Assembly: GCA_964543995.1 (NCBI GenBank)
Contig: CAZJBB010000002.1
Location: 2,757 to 66,756 of the forward strand
Source of the DNA: an uncultured Bacteroidales bacterium
GTDB taxonomy: Bacteria > Bacteroidota > Bacteroidia > Bacteroidales > CAIXTV01
Direction of reading: 5' to 3'
Length of the DNA stretch: 64,000 bases
Positions 26,601 to 35,963 of this stretch are shown one piece after another. The position numbers and the translations under genes are program-made. Numbering within the stretch: the stretch's first letter is position 1; every line of letters starts with the position of its first letter. The notes under the pieces are model-generated. The model was not told the origin of the DNA and made no database searches. It worked only from the letters and a program-made list of their open reading frames with translations.

Positions 26601-27403
26601 GAAGAAAACTCCTTTTGTAAATTCAACCTTTCTGCAACATAGGTTTCAATATGTTCAACAACATCCTGAATGGGTTTTTCCTTGGGTAAAGTGGAGGCAA
26701 TCAGCTCTATATACTTCCCATTCAATATTTTTAATAAGCTAAAGTTAAAATGGATGTCGAAAACCCAACCCAATTGTACCAGCTTAAAGTCGTTCAAAGT
26801 ACTCATCAGTTTAAAATCGACAATACAGTTATTTTTCAATTGTTCACAAATAGTGGAGGAATATTCAGGAAGATTGGGCAAAGAAAGTTCGATAGCCGAA
26901 TTGTTGTTTTTTAAATTTTGATAGTGGTGGGAGGTTAAATTTAAAATATCCAATTTATCTGTATCGCGAATCATTTTTACAAAAAACAACAATTCTTTGT
27001 TGCGAATGGCGGGAATGCTTTTGGCATTATGAAGTTGAATGGCTTTTAAAATCAAGGTAGCCGTTTCTTCCGGCAAAACACTCAATACTTTATTGGATTT
27101 CAGTATTTTAACGCCCAATAATGCATGGTTTTCGGTTTTTGCATCCAAGAAGGACCCGTATTTTCTGAATTGTTCCCATCGTCCAATATCATGAAAAAGG
27201 GCAATGATATGGGCTATTCTTAGCTGGTTGGCATTGAGTCTGAGACTTTTTCCCAAAGCGAGCATTTCGGAGCAAACGGCTTGGGTGTGCTTAGATTTTA
27301 TGGCATAACCATTCGGTTTATCCGAATTTTCATGAGAAAAACCTGAAATATAATTATGATACCAGTTTTCGAGACTGGCAAGGGTTTTGGGCGAAATTTG
27401 CAT
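26597..27403 (-). CDS. HD domain-containing protein (metal-dependent phosphohydrolase fold), function unknown
   Basis: KHTQAV ... LFHDIGR ... NHALLG ... IRDTDKLD. 4-nt ATGA overlap with the moeA start. Confidence 0.75.
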   Translation of the reverse strand: MQISPKTLASLENWYHNYISGFSHENSDKPNGYAIKSKHTQAVCSEMLALGKSLRLNANQLRIAHIIALFHDIGRWEQFRKYGSFLDAKTENHALLGVKILKSNKVLSVLPEETATLILKAIQLHNAKSIPAIRNKELLFFVKMIRDTDKLDILNLTSHHYQNLKNNNSAIELSLPNLPEYSSTICEQLKNNCIVDFKLMSTLNDFKLVQLGWVFDIHFNFSLLKILNGKYIELIASTLPKEKPIQDVVEHIETYVAERLNLQKEFSS

Positions 27404-27419
27404 GAAGACGCAAGCAGTA

Positions 27420-28829
27420 TTATTTATTTTTATGAGAATAATTTTTCATGAAATCTTCAAGTTGATCCGAGCCAATCCTTTTGGCAATCACCTTTTTATC
27501 TTTGTCAAGAATAAAGATAACCGGTGTACTGTAAATGTCATAAATATCTCGATAGTCTACATTGGCTGAGGTTCCGGTAACGCTGTACCATGTATGATTA
27601 TGCTCTGAAATATACTTTTTCCAACGGGCTAAATCAGAATCAATATCGATGGCAAAAACTTCTATGCCGTATTCCTTTTTATACTTATCGTAAAAATCTT
27701 TAATGAGGGGAAGTTCTTTTTTACAATGTCCGCAATCGGTATCCCAGAAAATCAGAAAAGTATAATTTGCTTTTAGGTTATAAAATGATACATACCGATT
27801 ATTGCTATCAGGCATGATTAATTCAGGTGCTTTTTTCCCAATCATGGTAGAACGTATCCTTTCGGCTCTTTTAATCATGTTTTCGTTGGTAGAAGGACTT
27901 GCCCACCAGGCTTTATTGGTTTTGTAGTAGGCGTCAACCATGTCAACAAAAACGGCGTCAAATCCCATGATTTTGGAAGTTTCGTAATTATAAGTAACAA
28001 ACCAAACCATGTATTTGAATAGGTCTCCTTTTTCATAGGTTCTGTCAATCAGGCTCTTGGCTTCTTTGGTAATGGTGTCCGGCGATTGAATGACCACTTT
28101 ATCAAAGTAATTGGCTAGCTTTTCATGAAACATAGGGGTCCGAAGCATACGACTGTCCATCAAATCATAATTATCCCAATAATGGTTTTTGTAATAGTAA
28201 TAGGACCAAATAGAATCTTTTTTACCATTAGGCAAGGTGGGAGGATCCGGTACTTTGATTTCTTCGGTACATTTCAGTACTTTTACCCAAAGGCTGTTGG
28301 GATAGTTCTTTTTAATCGAATCTTGGAAAGAAATCACGGTTTTAATAATTTCATCCATTTTGGCTCTATAAAATGCTGCGGAATCCTTATTGTCTTTAGT
28401 TCTTCCATAAGCATCTTGGTAAGGTTTAATTTTAAGTTGATTGCTAACACTCACTTGCTGATAATCAAAGAAGACTTTGTTTTCGATGGACCCTTTTACT
28501 TTCATGTGCCCAATATAATTTGAGGTATCGGTTTCAAACTGAATTTGTTGTTCTTTATCGATTATAAAATCAAATAGGTGCTTTTTGTTCATGGCAAGCA
28601 GATAAATGCCTCCCGATAAAGTATCACTGCCTTTAAAAACAATGTTTCCTTTGGAGTCGGCAAAAGCAGAATCAATTAAGGTTTGATACTTTCCATAATA
28701 AACCGCAATTTGAAATAAACTATCATGGGCTCCATTAATTTTAAATTTAATATTATACCCCTGAGAGAAAACTTGAGCAGATAGGGCAAAAAGAAAAACG
28801 AAAGCAATGCTTTTTACAATTTTGTTCAT
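27420..28829 (-). CDS. TlpA-like thiol:disulfide oxidoreductase with a long N-terminal domain
   Basis: Thioredoxin motif FWDTDCGHCKKE. Signal peptide ...SAQVFS|QG. The start is moved to the ATG at 28829 because a -7 box lies inside the longer track ORF. Confidence 0.8.
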   Translation of the reverse strand: MNKIVKSIAFVFLFALSAQVFSQGYNIKFKINGAHDSLFQIAVYYGKYQTLIDSAFADSKGNIVFKGSDTLSGGIYLLAMNKKHLFDFIIDKEQQIQFETDTSNYIGHMKVKGSIENKVFFDYQQVSVSNQLKIKPYQDAYGRTKDNKDSAAFYRAKMDEIIKTVISFQDSIKKNYPNSLWVKVLKCTEEIKVPDPPTLPNGKKDSIWSYYYYKNHYWDNYDLMDSRMLRTPMFHEKLANYFDKVVIQSPDTITKEAKSLIDRTYEKGDLFKYMVWFVTYNYETSKIMGFDAVFVDMVDAYYKTNKAWWASPSTNENMIKRAERIRSTMIGKKAPELIMPDSNNRYVSFYNLKANYTFLIFWDTDCGHCKKELPLIKDFYDKYKKEYGIEVFAIDIDSDLARWKKYISEHNHTWYSVTGTSANVDYRDIYDIYSTPVIFILDKDKKVIAKRIGSDQLEDFMKNYSHKNK

Positions 28830-28854
28830 AACCATTAAATTTATAAAATGAATG

Positions 28855-28862
28855 CAAATGTA
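28855..28862 (-). promoter_or_regulatory. -7 promoter box (TACATTTG on the minus strand) for the TlpA-like gene
   Basis: Plus strand caaatgta, 26 nt upstream of the ATG at 28829. Confidence 0.4.
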
Positions 28863-28946
28863 ACAATCTTGTAGCTTTAAGTGGCTATCCATTAAAAGTT
28901 TTTAACATAAATAAAATCTTTATAACGTTTCTATAAAAAAACCCAT

Positions 28947-28954
28947 TAGTTTTG
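28947..28954 (+). promoter_or_regulatory. -7 promoter box TAGTTTTG for the TolC-like gene
   Basis: 20 nt upstream of the ATG at 28974. Confidence 0.4.
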
Positions 28955-28973
28955 TATGGTAAAATAAAAACTT

Positions 28974-30413
28974 ATGCTACCTCAGCTACTTCGGTACCGG
29001 AAATGGATTTTTATTATTGGAATTCTTTTCTGCTTTCAAAATACATATTCTCAAAACAAGTGGAATCTGGAACAGTGTATAGATTATGCGCTCAAAAACA
29101 ACATTCAAATTAAACAGCAATCGCTGAATTTAGATTTGGCAAAAAGCAATCTTTGGCAAAGCAAAATGACTTTACTGCCCACCCTTAATGGGGGTATTAC
29201 ACATGCCTATAATTATGGCAGAACGGTGGATAGATACACCAACCAGTTTGCTACTTCCGAAGTGCAGTCCGATAACTTTTATCTCAATTCTAACTTTGTT
29301 CTTTTCAATGGGTTTCAATTGCTAAACACCGTATTGCAAAACCGTTTAAATCTACAGGCAAGTAAGTACGATGTCGAGAAAATGAAAAATGATGTGGCAC
29401 TCAATGTGGCAACAGCCTATTTGAATGTGCTATTTGCCATCGAAAATTCCGAAAACACCCAGAAACAGTTAGAAATTAGCGAGTTGCAACTCAAGCGCAC
29501 CCAAAAGCTATTCGAGGTCGAAACCATTTCCAAGGGAGATTTTTTAAATATTGTTTCTCAGGTTTCCTCTGAACAAGTTCAGGTGGTGAATGCCCAAAAC
29601 ATGCTCGACATGGCTTACCTCACTTTAAAGCAAATGCTAAATCTGAATGTTGCCGAATCTTTTGAAATAGAAAAACCGACTATTTCTATTGCCACCGATA
29701 AGTTCTTTTTAGAAAAACCCGAAAATATTTACAATAACGCCTTAGGCAACCAACCTGAAATTAAAAGTTATAACTTGAAGCAACAAAGTGCTCAAAAAGG
29801 CTTGGCTATTGCCAGAGGTGCGCGCTATCCTTCATTAAGCATTCAGGGGTCTTATGGTACAGGATATTCGGGTGCCAGCCAGGAATTGGTTTTACCTGCA
29901 ACATTGAATGGGTTTTCTCCCATTGGATTCACGGGTGCCGGAGATACCGTATATAGCCCTAATTACGAGTATAATTACCGTAAAAAGCCTTTTAAAGACC
30001 AAATTCGTGATAATGATAATAAGTCCATTGGTTTTTACCTAAGCGTTCCTGTTTTCAACGGATGGAGAACCAATAGCGAGATAAAAAGAGCAAAAATCAA
30101 TTTGACCAATTCACAATATACGTTGCAGTTAGCCAAAGACCAATTGAACAAAACCATACAACAAGCTTATGCCGATGCTTTGGCTGCCTTTAAAAAACAC
30201 GAGGCAGGTGTAAAAGCAGTAGAAGCCATGGAAGAATCTTTTAAATATTTTCAACAAAAATTCGATGTAGGTATGGTCAATTCAGTTGATTATAACGATG
30301 CCAAAACCAAGCTGTTTAAAGCGAAGTCGGATCTGCTTCAGGCTAAATATGAATTTTTGTTTAAAGCAAAAGTTATCGATTTTTATATGGGTAAACCCTT
30401 GTCACTTAAATAA
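28974..30413 (+). CDS. TolC family outer membrane efflux protein
   Basis: Two-repeat OEP architecture beginning WNLEQCIDYALKNNIQIK and ending DYNDAKTKLFKAKSDLLQAKYEF. Confidence 0.85.
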   Translation: MLPQLLRYRKWIFIIGILFCFQNTYSQNKWNLEQCIDYALKNNIQIKQQSLNLDLAKSNLWQSKMTLLPTLNGGITHAYNYGRTVDRYTNQFATSEVQSDNFYLNSNFVLFNGFQLLNTVLQNRLNLQASKYDVEKMKNDVALNVATAYLNVLFAIENSENTQKQLEISELQLKRTQKLFEVETISKGDFLNIVSQVSSEQVQVVNAQNMLDMAYLTLKQMLNLNVAESFEIEKPTISIATDKFFLEKPENIYNNALGNQPEIKSYNLKQQSAQKGLAIARGARYPSLSIQGSYGTGYSGASQELVLPATLNGFSPIGFTGAGDTVYSPNYEYNYRKKPFKDQIRDNDNKSIGFYLSVPVFNGWRTNSEIKRAKINLTNSQYTLQLAKDQLNKTIQQAYADALAAFKKHEAGVKAVEAMEESFKYFQQKFDVGMVNSVDYNDAKTKLFKAKSDLLQAKYEFLFKAKVIDFYMGKPLSLK

Positions 30414-30421
30414 ATACTAAA

Positions 30422-31816
30422 ATGACCGGAAAAAAGAAAAAAATCATTCGTTTTTTAATTATTGGAGTTGTTGCCTTTGTTATTATACTCGTAATATTGA
30501 AAAAATCTGGTGTTATTTCCAGCGAAGAAGCCACCAAAGTTACGGTAGAAGCGGTTCAAAAACACAATATCGTGGAGACGGTTTCTGCGAGCGGCAAAGT
30601 TCAACCCGAAGTGGAGGTTAAAATTAGCCCCGACGTTTCCGGTGAACTTATTGAATTATTGGTTAAAGAGGGAGATAAAGTAACGAAAGGACAGTTGTTA
30701 GCCAAAATCAAACCCGATTTTTACGAAGCCTCTTATGAACAATCTGTGGCCAGTTCAAACGGTGCCAAGGCCAATTTGGCAAATTCCAACGCAAGGTTGA
30801 TTCAAGTAAAAGCTCAATTATTGAATTCCAAAGCGGTATACGAGCGTAATGAAAAACTATGGAAACAGCAGGTCATTTCAGCAGCAGAATGGGATGCTGC
30901 AAAAGCAGCCTATGAAGTGGCCAAGGCCGAATTGGAAGCTTCTGAACAAACCGTTCAAGGTGCCGATTTCAATTTAAAAAATGCCTTAGCCATAGTAAAA
31001 CAGTCGAAAGATAATTTAAATAAAACCGCCATTTACGCCCCGGTAGATGGCACCATTTCTAAACTCAGTGCCGAAAAAGGAGAAAGGGTTGTTGGAGCTT
31101 CTCAGTTTTCTGCGCCTGAAATCCTCCGTATTGCGAATCTCAACGAAATGGAAGTAAAAGTAAGCGTGAATGAAAACGACATTGTTAGGGTGCATTTGGG
31201 CGACACCGCTTTGGTTGAAGTAGATGCTTATCTAAAAAGAAAGTTTAAGGGCGTGGTGACTTCCATTGCCAATTCAGCCAATTCTTCCGGTTTGGGCGTA
31301 GACCAAGTGACCAATTTCGATGTAAAAATTCGAATTTTAAGAGACTCCTACCTCGATTTAATTCCAAAAGACAATCCCAATCTTTCCCCGTTTCGCCCTG
31401 GTATGTCTGCAACCGTGGATATTCAAACGGCCAGTGTTTACAGTGTAATCTCAGTTCCAATTCAAGCGGTGGCAAGCCGAGATAATGCTAAAGGCATTGT
31501 GAAAGACACTAAAAATCCACCTATGGAAAATGAAGACCAGCCTAAAGTGGTTTCCGAAAAAAACAAACAGGATAAGGTTAAAACAAATGAATCAGCCGAA
31601 TATGTTTTTGTTTTTGAAAATGGAATCGTAAAAATGACCAAAGTTAAAACCGGAATTCAAGACAATAGCTTTATTCAAATTCTGGAGGGCTTAAAAGAAA
31701 ACCAACAAGTGGTTACCGGTCCGTATAAGGCCGTTTCAAAAACCCTAAAGGATGGCGATAAGGTTAAAATGACCGACAAGAAAGACCTTTTCAATCCAAA
31801 AGATAAAACAGAGTAA
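30422..31816 (+). CDS. Efflux periplasmic adaptor (HlyD/MacA-type membrane fusion protein)
   Basis: N-terminal anchor, lipoyl-like motif GELIELLVKEGDKVTKGQLLAKI, a long coiled coil, then a beta-barrel. Confidence 0.85.
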   Translation: MTGKKKKIIRFLIIGVVAFVIILVILKKSGVISSEEATKVTVEAVQKHNIVETVSASGKVQPEVEVKISPDVSGELIELLVKEGDKVTKGQLLAKIKPDFYEASYEQSVASSNGAKANLANSNARLIQVKAQLLNSKAVYERNEKLWKQQVISAAEWDAAKAAYEVAKAELEASEQTVQGADFNLKNALAIVKQSKDNLNKTAIYAPVDGTISKLSAEKGERVVGASQFSAPEILRIANLNEMEVKVSVNENDIVRVHLGDTALVEVDAYLKRKFKGVVTSIANSANSSGLGVDQVTNFDVKIRILRDSYLDLIPKDNPNLSPFRPGMSATVDIQTASVYSVISVPIQAVASRDNAKGIVKDTKNPPMENEDQPKVVSEKNKQDKVKTNESAEYVFVFENGIVKMTKVKTGIQDNSFIQILEGLKENQQVVTGPYKAVSKTLKDGDKVKMTDKKDLFNPKDKTE

Positions 31817-31825
31817 GCGTTTTTG

Positions 31826-32536
31826 ATGCCTTTAATCCTTTATATTGAAACCGCAACTCAGGTTTGCTCAGTTGCCCTTTCTAACGGGCTTGAAATTCTT
31901 TCGTTGGCAGAAACCCATTTGGCAAACTCTCACTCCTCATTAATTGCACCTTATATCGAAAAAGTATGCAAGGATGTTTCGGTTGATTATAAAAGCTTGG
32001 ATGCAGTTTGTGTGAGCAAGGGCCCCGGCTCCTATACCGGTCTTCGCATTGGTGTATCAGCCGCAAAGGGCTTGTGTTATGCACTTCAAAAACCTTTGTT
32101 GTCGGTAAGTACATTAGAATCCATGGCGCAATCCTTTCTTCAATCGAATCATTACCTTCCTTGGGGTTCCGAATCGAATGTCTTGTTATGCCCAATGATT
32201 GATGCCCGTCGAATGGAGGTGTATAGTGCCCTCTACGACGCTTCTCTCAATGAACGTTGTGCTGTAGATGCAGTAATTATTAATACGGATTCTTTTGCCG
32301 AATATTTATCCAATCATAAAATTTTGTTTTTCGGCGATGGCGCTTCTAAATGCAAAGAATATATTCAGCACACAAATGCTTTCTTTTTCGATGATTTCCG
32401 GCCCTCTGCTACCGGGATGGTTTCAATTGCTGTCGATAAATTTGAAAACAAGAAATTTGAAGATCTGGCGTATTTCGAACCCTTTTATTTGAAAGAATTT
32501 ATTGCCGGGAAGCCTAAAGTGAAAGGGCTGAATTAA
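31826..32536 (+). CDS. tsaB: tRNA threonylcarbamoyladenosine biosynthesis protein TsaB
   Basis: ILYIETATQVCSVAL ... GPGSYTGLRIGVSAAKGL. The ATG at 31826 is preferred over the TTG at 31823. Confidence 0.85.
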   Translation: MPLILYIETATQVCSVALSNGLEILSLAETHLANSHSSLIAPYIEKVCKDVSVDYKSLDAVCVSKGPGSYTGLRIGVSAAKGLCYALQKPLLSVSTLESMAQSFLQSNHYLPWGSESNVLLCPMIDARRMEVYSALYDASLNERCAVDAVIINTDSFAEYLSNHKILFFGDGASKCKEYIQHTNAFFFDDFRPSATGMVSIAVDKFENKKFEDLAYFEPFYLKEFIAGKPKVKGLN

Positions 32537-32943
32537 TATCCGGTACCAATATAACTGCTTAGTTTTTGTTCTGCCAAGTATTCTTTTAATTGCATAGACA
32601 CATTGTCCACAATTCCGCCAACCAAACATTTATTAAAAGCACAAATCTGATTATCCACCGGGCAACCCCCATGTTGAATGGGCCCTTCAATGGATTCGTA
32701 AACGTCTAAAATACTAATATCTTGAGGGGGCTTGTTAAGCTCAAATCCCCCTGCCGGGCCCCGTGTAGATTTTACCATGCCATCTTTTACCAACCGCTGC
32801 ATTACTTTTGCTAAATGGTTTTTAGATGAGCTCGTGTCCTGGGCAATGGATTGTACATTTACAATTTTATCTGACCTTGCAATAATAACCATTGCATGTA
32901 TCGCTAATGAAGACGCCTCAGATAAGTGGACAATTCTAGACAT
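32533..32943 (-). CDS. Rrf2 family transcriptional regulator (IscR/NsrR-like, three clustered Cys)
   Basis: N-terminal wHTH (ASSLAIHAMVIIAR...) and the Cys triad CPVDNQICAFNKC. Confidence 0.85.
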   Translation of the reverse strand: MSRIVHLSEASSLAIHAMVIIARSDKIVNVQSIAQDTSSSKNHLAKVMQRLVKDGMVKSTRGPAGGFELNKPPQDISILDVYESIEGPIQHGGCPVDNQICAFNKCLVGGIVDNVSMQLKEYLAEQKLSSYIGTGY

Positions 32944-33326
32944 AAGATAAATATTTATTAAAAAATTAAATCAATGCAAATATACATATCTTTTAAATAA
33001 TTCAATACCAAATTAATCATATAGAAAAAATATTTTAACAAATAATCTATATGGTGGAAATAATTCCATGTAGTTATTTTTGTCCAACCATCAGTTCTTA
33101 TTTTTAATTATTCATTTCCCCAAAGGACGGTTGACTGTTTCCGCAAAGCAACAATGATGTTTTTTCTTCCATGACTTGGGTGTCTATTCCAAAACAGAGG
33201 CAAGGATACCGATATGAGGTACGCAGAAATTTTATAAATAATCCAAGGTAAATGCATAAAAAGAAGGGGTAAATCATTAAATTTTAGTTTTTTATGCAAA
33301 TAACTTTTTTTTATTTGAAAAACATG

Positions 33327-33334
33327 TATATTTG
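33327..33334 (+). promoter_or_regulatory. -7 promoter box TATATTTG upstream of HU
   Basis: 55 nt upstream of the ATG at 33389. Confidence 0.4.
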
Positions 33335-33388
33335 CAACCCCAAATCGAAGCGAAAAAAATATTGTAAATTATATAAAACCAAATAGAT

Positions 33389-33673
33389 ATGACTAAAGCA
33401 GAAATTGTAACAGAAATTTCTAACAAAACAGGAATTGAAAAAGTAACCGTTCAGGCAACTGTTGAAGCTTTTATGAATTCAGTAAAGAGCTCACTTAACA
33501 AAGGAGATAATGTTTATCTTCGCGGATTTGGCAGCTTTATCGTTAAGAAAAGAGCAGAAAAAACCGGTAGAAATATTTCGAAAAACACCACCATCGTTAT
33601 TCCTGCCCATAACATTCCTGCATTTAAACCTGCTAAGACTTTTGTTCTTACAGTTAAAACCAAAGTGAAATAA
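33389..33673 (+). CDS. hup: HU family DNA-binding protein
   Basis: MTKAEIV...GDNVYLRGFGSF...RNISKNTTIVIPAHNIPAFKP. Confidence 0.9.
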   Translation: MTKAEIVTEISNKTGIEKVTVQATVEAFMNSVKSSLNKGDNVYLRGFGSFIVKKRAEKTGRNISKNTTIVIPAHNIPAFKPAKTFVLTVKTKVK

Positions 33674-33692
33674 TAATTTTAAAATATAAGCC

Positions 33693-33782
33693 ATGCCAAG
33701 CGGAAAAAAAAGAAAAAGACATAAAATGGCTACTCACAAGCGCAAAAAACGCTTGCGTAAAAATAGACATAAGAAGAAGTAA
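33693..33782 (+). CDS. Unannotated 29-aa highly basic peptide, bS22-like (mS38/AURKAIP1-type) ribosomal protein candidate
   Basis: My translation: MPSGKKRKRHKMATHKRKKRLRKNRHKKK*. It starts 19 nt after the HU stop and is followed by a strong terminator. It falls below the ORF-track length cutoff. Confidence 0.6.
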   Translation: MPSGKKRKRHKMATHKRKKRLRKNRHKKK

Positions 33783-33806
33783 TTTTATACACTTTTGAAA
33801 ATTTAC

Positions 33807-33850
33807 ATAAGTTGCATAGTATTCAACAATACTATGTAACTTATTTTATT
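33807..33850 (+). terminator. Rho-independent terminator after the HU / basic-peptide pair
   Basis: 17-bp stem ataagttgcatagtatt / aatactatgtaacttat (one G.U pair), 4-nt loop, then a T-rich tail. Confidence 0.7.
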
Positions 33851-33980
33851 ATTTAGGAGTCAGTATTAATTAAGCTGCATTTTGAAAAGGTAATGGAAAT
33901 TACCCTTTGTTTTGCTTTACTCGATTTATTGTCCTTAGCAGAAATTGTTTCGCTAAAGCACCCTTCCAACAAACCTGACC

Positions 33981-35531
33981 GTGAACAAAGAACTTTACAT
34001 CGATTCAAATATTAACGAAGTCAGCATTGCTTTACTCGAAGATAAGCAATTGGTTGAGCTTCATAAAGAAAAAAGGTCAAATAACCATTTGGTGGGGGAT
34101 GTGTATTTAGGAAAGGTTCGCAAAATTATGCCCGGCCTCAATGCGGCATTTATTGATGTGGGTTATGAGAAAGATGCATTTCTTCATTATTTGGATTTGG
34201 GACCAAGAGTAACCTCCTTAATAAAATTCGTCAAAGAAGTTCAAAATCCTAATGTTCCAACACCTAAGTTAGAATCTTTTGCTCTGAACGATGAAATAGA
34301 GAAATCGGGAAAGATTACATCTGTATTATCTTCAAACCAAAGCATTCTGATTCAAATTGCCAAGGAACCGATTTCAACCAAAGGTCCTCGGGTAACTTCA
34401 GAGATTTCTTTTGCAGGACGCTACTTGGTGTTAATTCCCTTTTCTGACAGAATTTCTGTTTCTCAAAAAATAAAAAGTAATGAGGAAAGAAATCGTTTAA
34501 AAAGACTCATCAGCAGCATTAAACCCAAAAATTTTGGTGTTATTATACGCACCGTTGCCGACAATAAAAAAGTTGCCGAATTAGATGCTGATTTGCAAGG
34601 ATTGGTGGATAAATGGAATTTGTTGAGTGAAAGGTTATCAGAAGCCAAACCGCCTTTTAAATTGGTAAGTGAACTTGACAAAACCACTGCGCTTTTACGT
34701 GATTTCATGAACCCTTCTTTTAACAGTATTTGCACGAACGATCCGGGAATTTATGATGAAATCAAGAATTACACCAAGACGATTGCTCCTGACAAATTAG
34801 ATATTGTTAAACTCTATAAAGGCAAAACTCCCATATTCGAGCATTTTTCTATTGATAAGCAAATAAAATCTTCATTTGGTAAAACCATTACTGTTAAAAG
34901 TGGGATTTACATTATCATAGAGCATACCGAAGCCATGCACGTGATTGATGTCAATAGTGGGCATCATGTAAATTCTCAGCAAAATCAAGAAGAAAACGCA
35001 TTGAACGTAAACTTGGAAGCCGCAACCGAAATTGCTCGGCAATTGAGACTCCGAGACATGGGTGGCATTATTGTTATTGACTTTATTGACTTGCATTTAG
35101 GTGCGAATCGTCGTGTTCTTTTTGAAAAGTTAACCCAAGAAATGGCTAAAGACCATTCTAAACACACCATTCTTCCTCCAAGTAAATTCGGGTTGGTTCA
35201 AATTACACGCCAAAGGGTTAAGCCCGAAATGAATGTGGAAATTTTAGAAAAATGTCCGGTATGCGACGGCTCTGGTCAAATTAAACCCAGCATCATCATT
35301 ACCGATCAAATAGAAAACGACATACAATATTTGCTTTTAGAACAAAACGAACCTTGGCTAAAATTGGTTGTTCATCCGTTTATACACGCTTACCTCACCC
35401 GTGGACTTTTTTCTCAAAAAATAAAATGGTATTTTAAGTTCAAAAAATGGATTAGCATTACCCCTGACTCCTCATACCAATTATTGGAATATAGGATGTT
35501 TAACAAAAAAGGGGACGAGATTAAATTGTAA
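33981..35531 (+). CDS. rng: RNase E/G family ribonuclease (RNase G-like)
   Basis: S1 domain (GDVYLGKVRKIMPGLNAAFIDVG), catalytic block HVIDVNSG and the Zn-link-like CPVCDGSG. GTG start. Confidence 0.85.
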   Translation: MNKELYIDSNINEVSIALLEDKQLVELHKEKRSNNHLVGDVYLGKVRKIMPGLNAAFIDVGYEKDAFLHYLDLGPRVTSLIKFVKEVQNPNVPTPKLESFALNDEIEKSGKITSVLSSNQSILIQIAKEPISTKGPRVTSEISFAGRYLVLIPFSDRISVSQKIKSNEERNRLKRLISSIKPKNFGVIIRTVADNKKVAELDADLQGLVDKWNLLSERLSEAKPPFKLVSELDKTTALLRDFMNPSFNSICTNDPGIYDEIKNYTKTIAPDKLDIVKLYKGKTPIFEHFSIDKQIKSSFGKTITVKSGIYIIIEHTEAMHVIDVNSGHHVNSQQNQEENALNVNLEAATEIARQLRLRDMGGIIVIDFIDLHLGANRRVLFEKLTQEMAKDHSKHTILPPSKFGLVQITRQRVKPEMNVEILEKCPVCDGSGQIKPSIIITDQIENDIQYLLLEQNEPWLKLVVHPFIHAYLTRGLFSQKIKWYFKFKKWISITPDSSYQLLEYRMFNKKGDEIKL

Positions 35532-35951
35532 TTTTAAAGTGCCCCTGGGCTAAAACCCTAATCATTGGTTACTACCTTCGGATTATTTTTTATAGAAATT
35601 CATCGCTACGATAGGATTTGAGGCGTTTAATTAAATGCACAAGCGATGTATTTGGCTTGCTTTTTAGCTGATATTGTGCTTATCAACTGATAATATTGCA
35701 TTCTTTTTTACTTCTTGTGAATTATGCCGCTTTTATTATTCCTTGAAGTAAAAATTTCACTTCACTTAATTGTAAAAACATCTATTAAAACGGCATTTTA
35801 GGATAATCCAATTGATTATTTTAAAATCAAAATGGTATTACCTATCGTTTTATTTTGTCAACCGAAAAATTATTATTGCTCATAATCAGGTCGTTAGCAA
35901 AAATATTTAAAATACATGCTACATTGTTATACATAGTACCAAATAATACAT

Positions 35952-35959
35952 TATCTTTG
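35952..35959 (+). promoter_or_regulatory. -7 promoter box TATCTTTG upstream of padR
   Basis: Only 4 nt before the ATG at 35964. This implies either a leaderless mRNA or use of the internal Met10 (35991). Confidence 0.4.
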
Positions 35960-35963
35960 TGGC

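Noticed and set aside
27404-27419. Moco riboswitch upstream of the HD-moeA-moaA genes
   Set aside because: Only 16 nt separate the HD gene from the upstream TlpA-like gene, which is no room for an aptamer of about 130 nt. Nothing resembling one precedes 28829 either.
32947-32958. Perfect palindrome ATAAATATTTAT just upstream of the Rrf2 gene, as a candidate operator
   Set aside because: Pure A/T 12-mers of this kind are expected by chance in AT-rich intergenic DNA. There is no second copy or supporting context.
33108-33299. 63-aa minus-strand ORF in the Rrf2/HU divergent region
   Set aside because: It sits in an AT-rich promoter region, has no recognisable motif, and overlaps the probable HU promoter.
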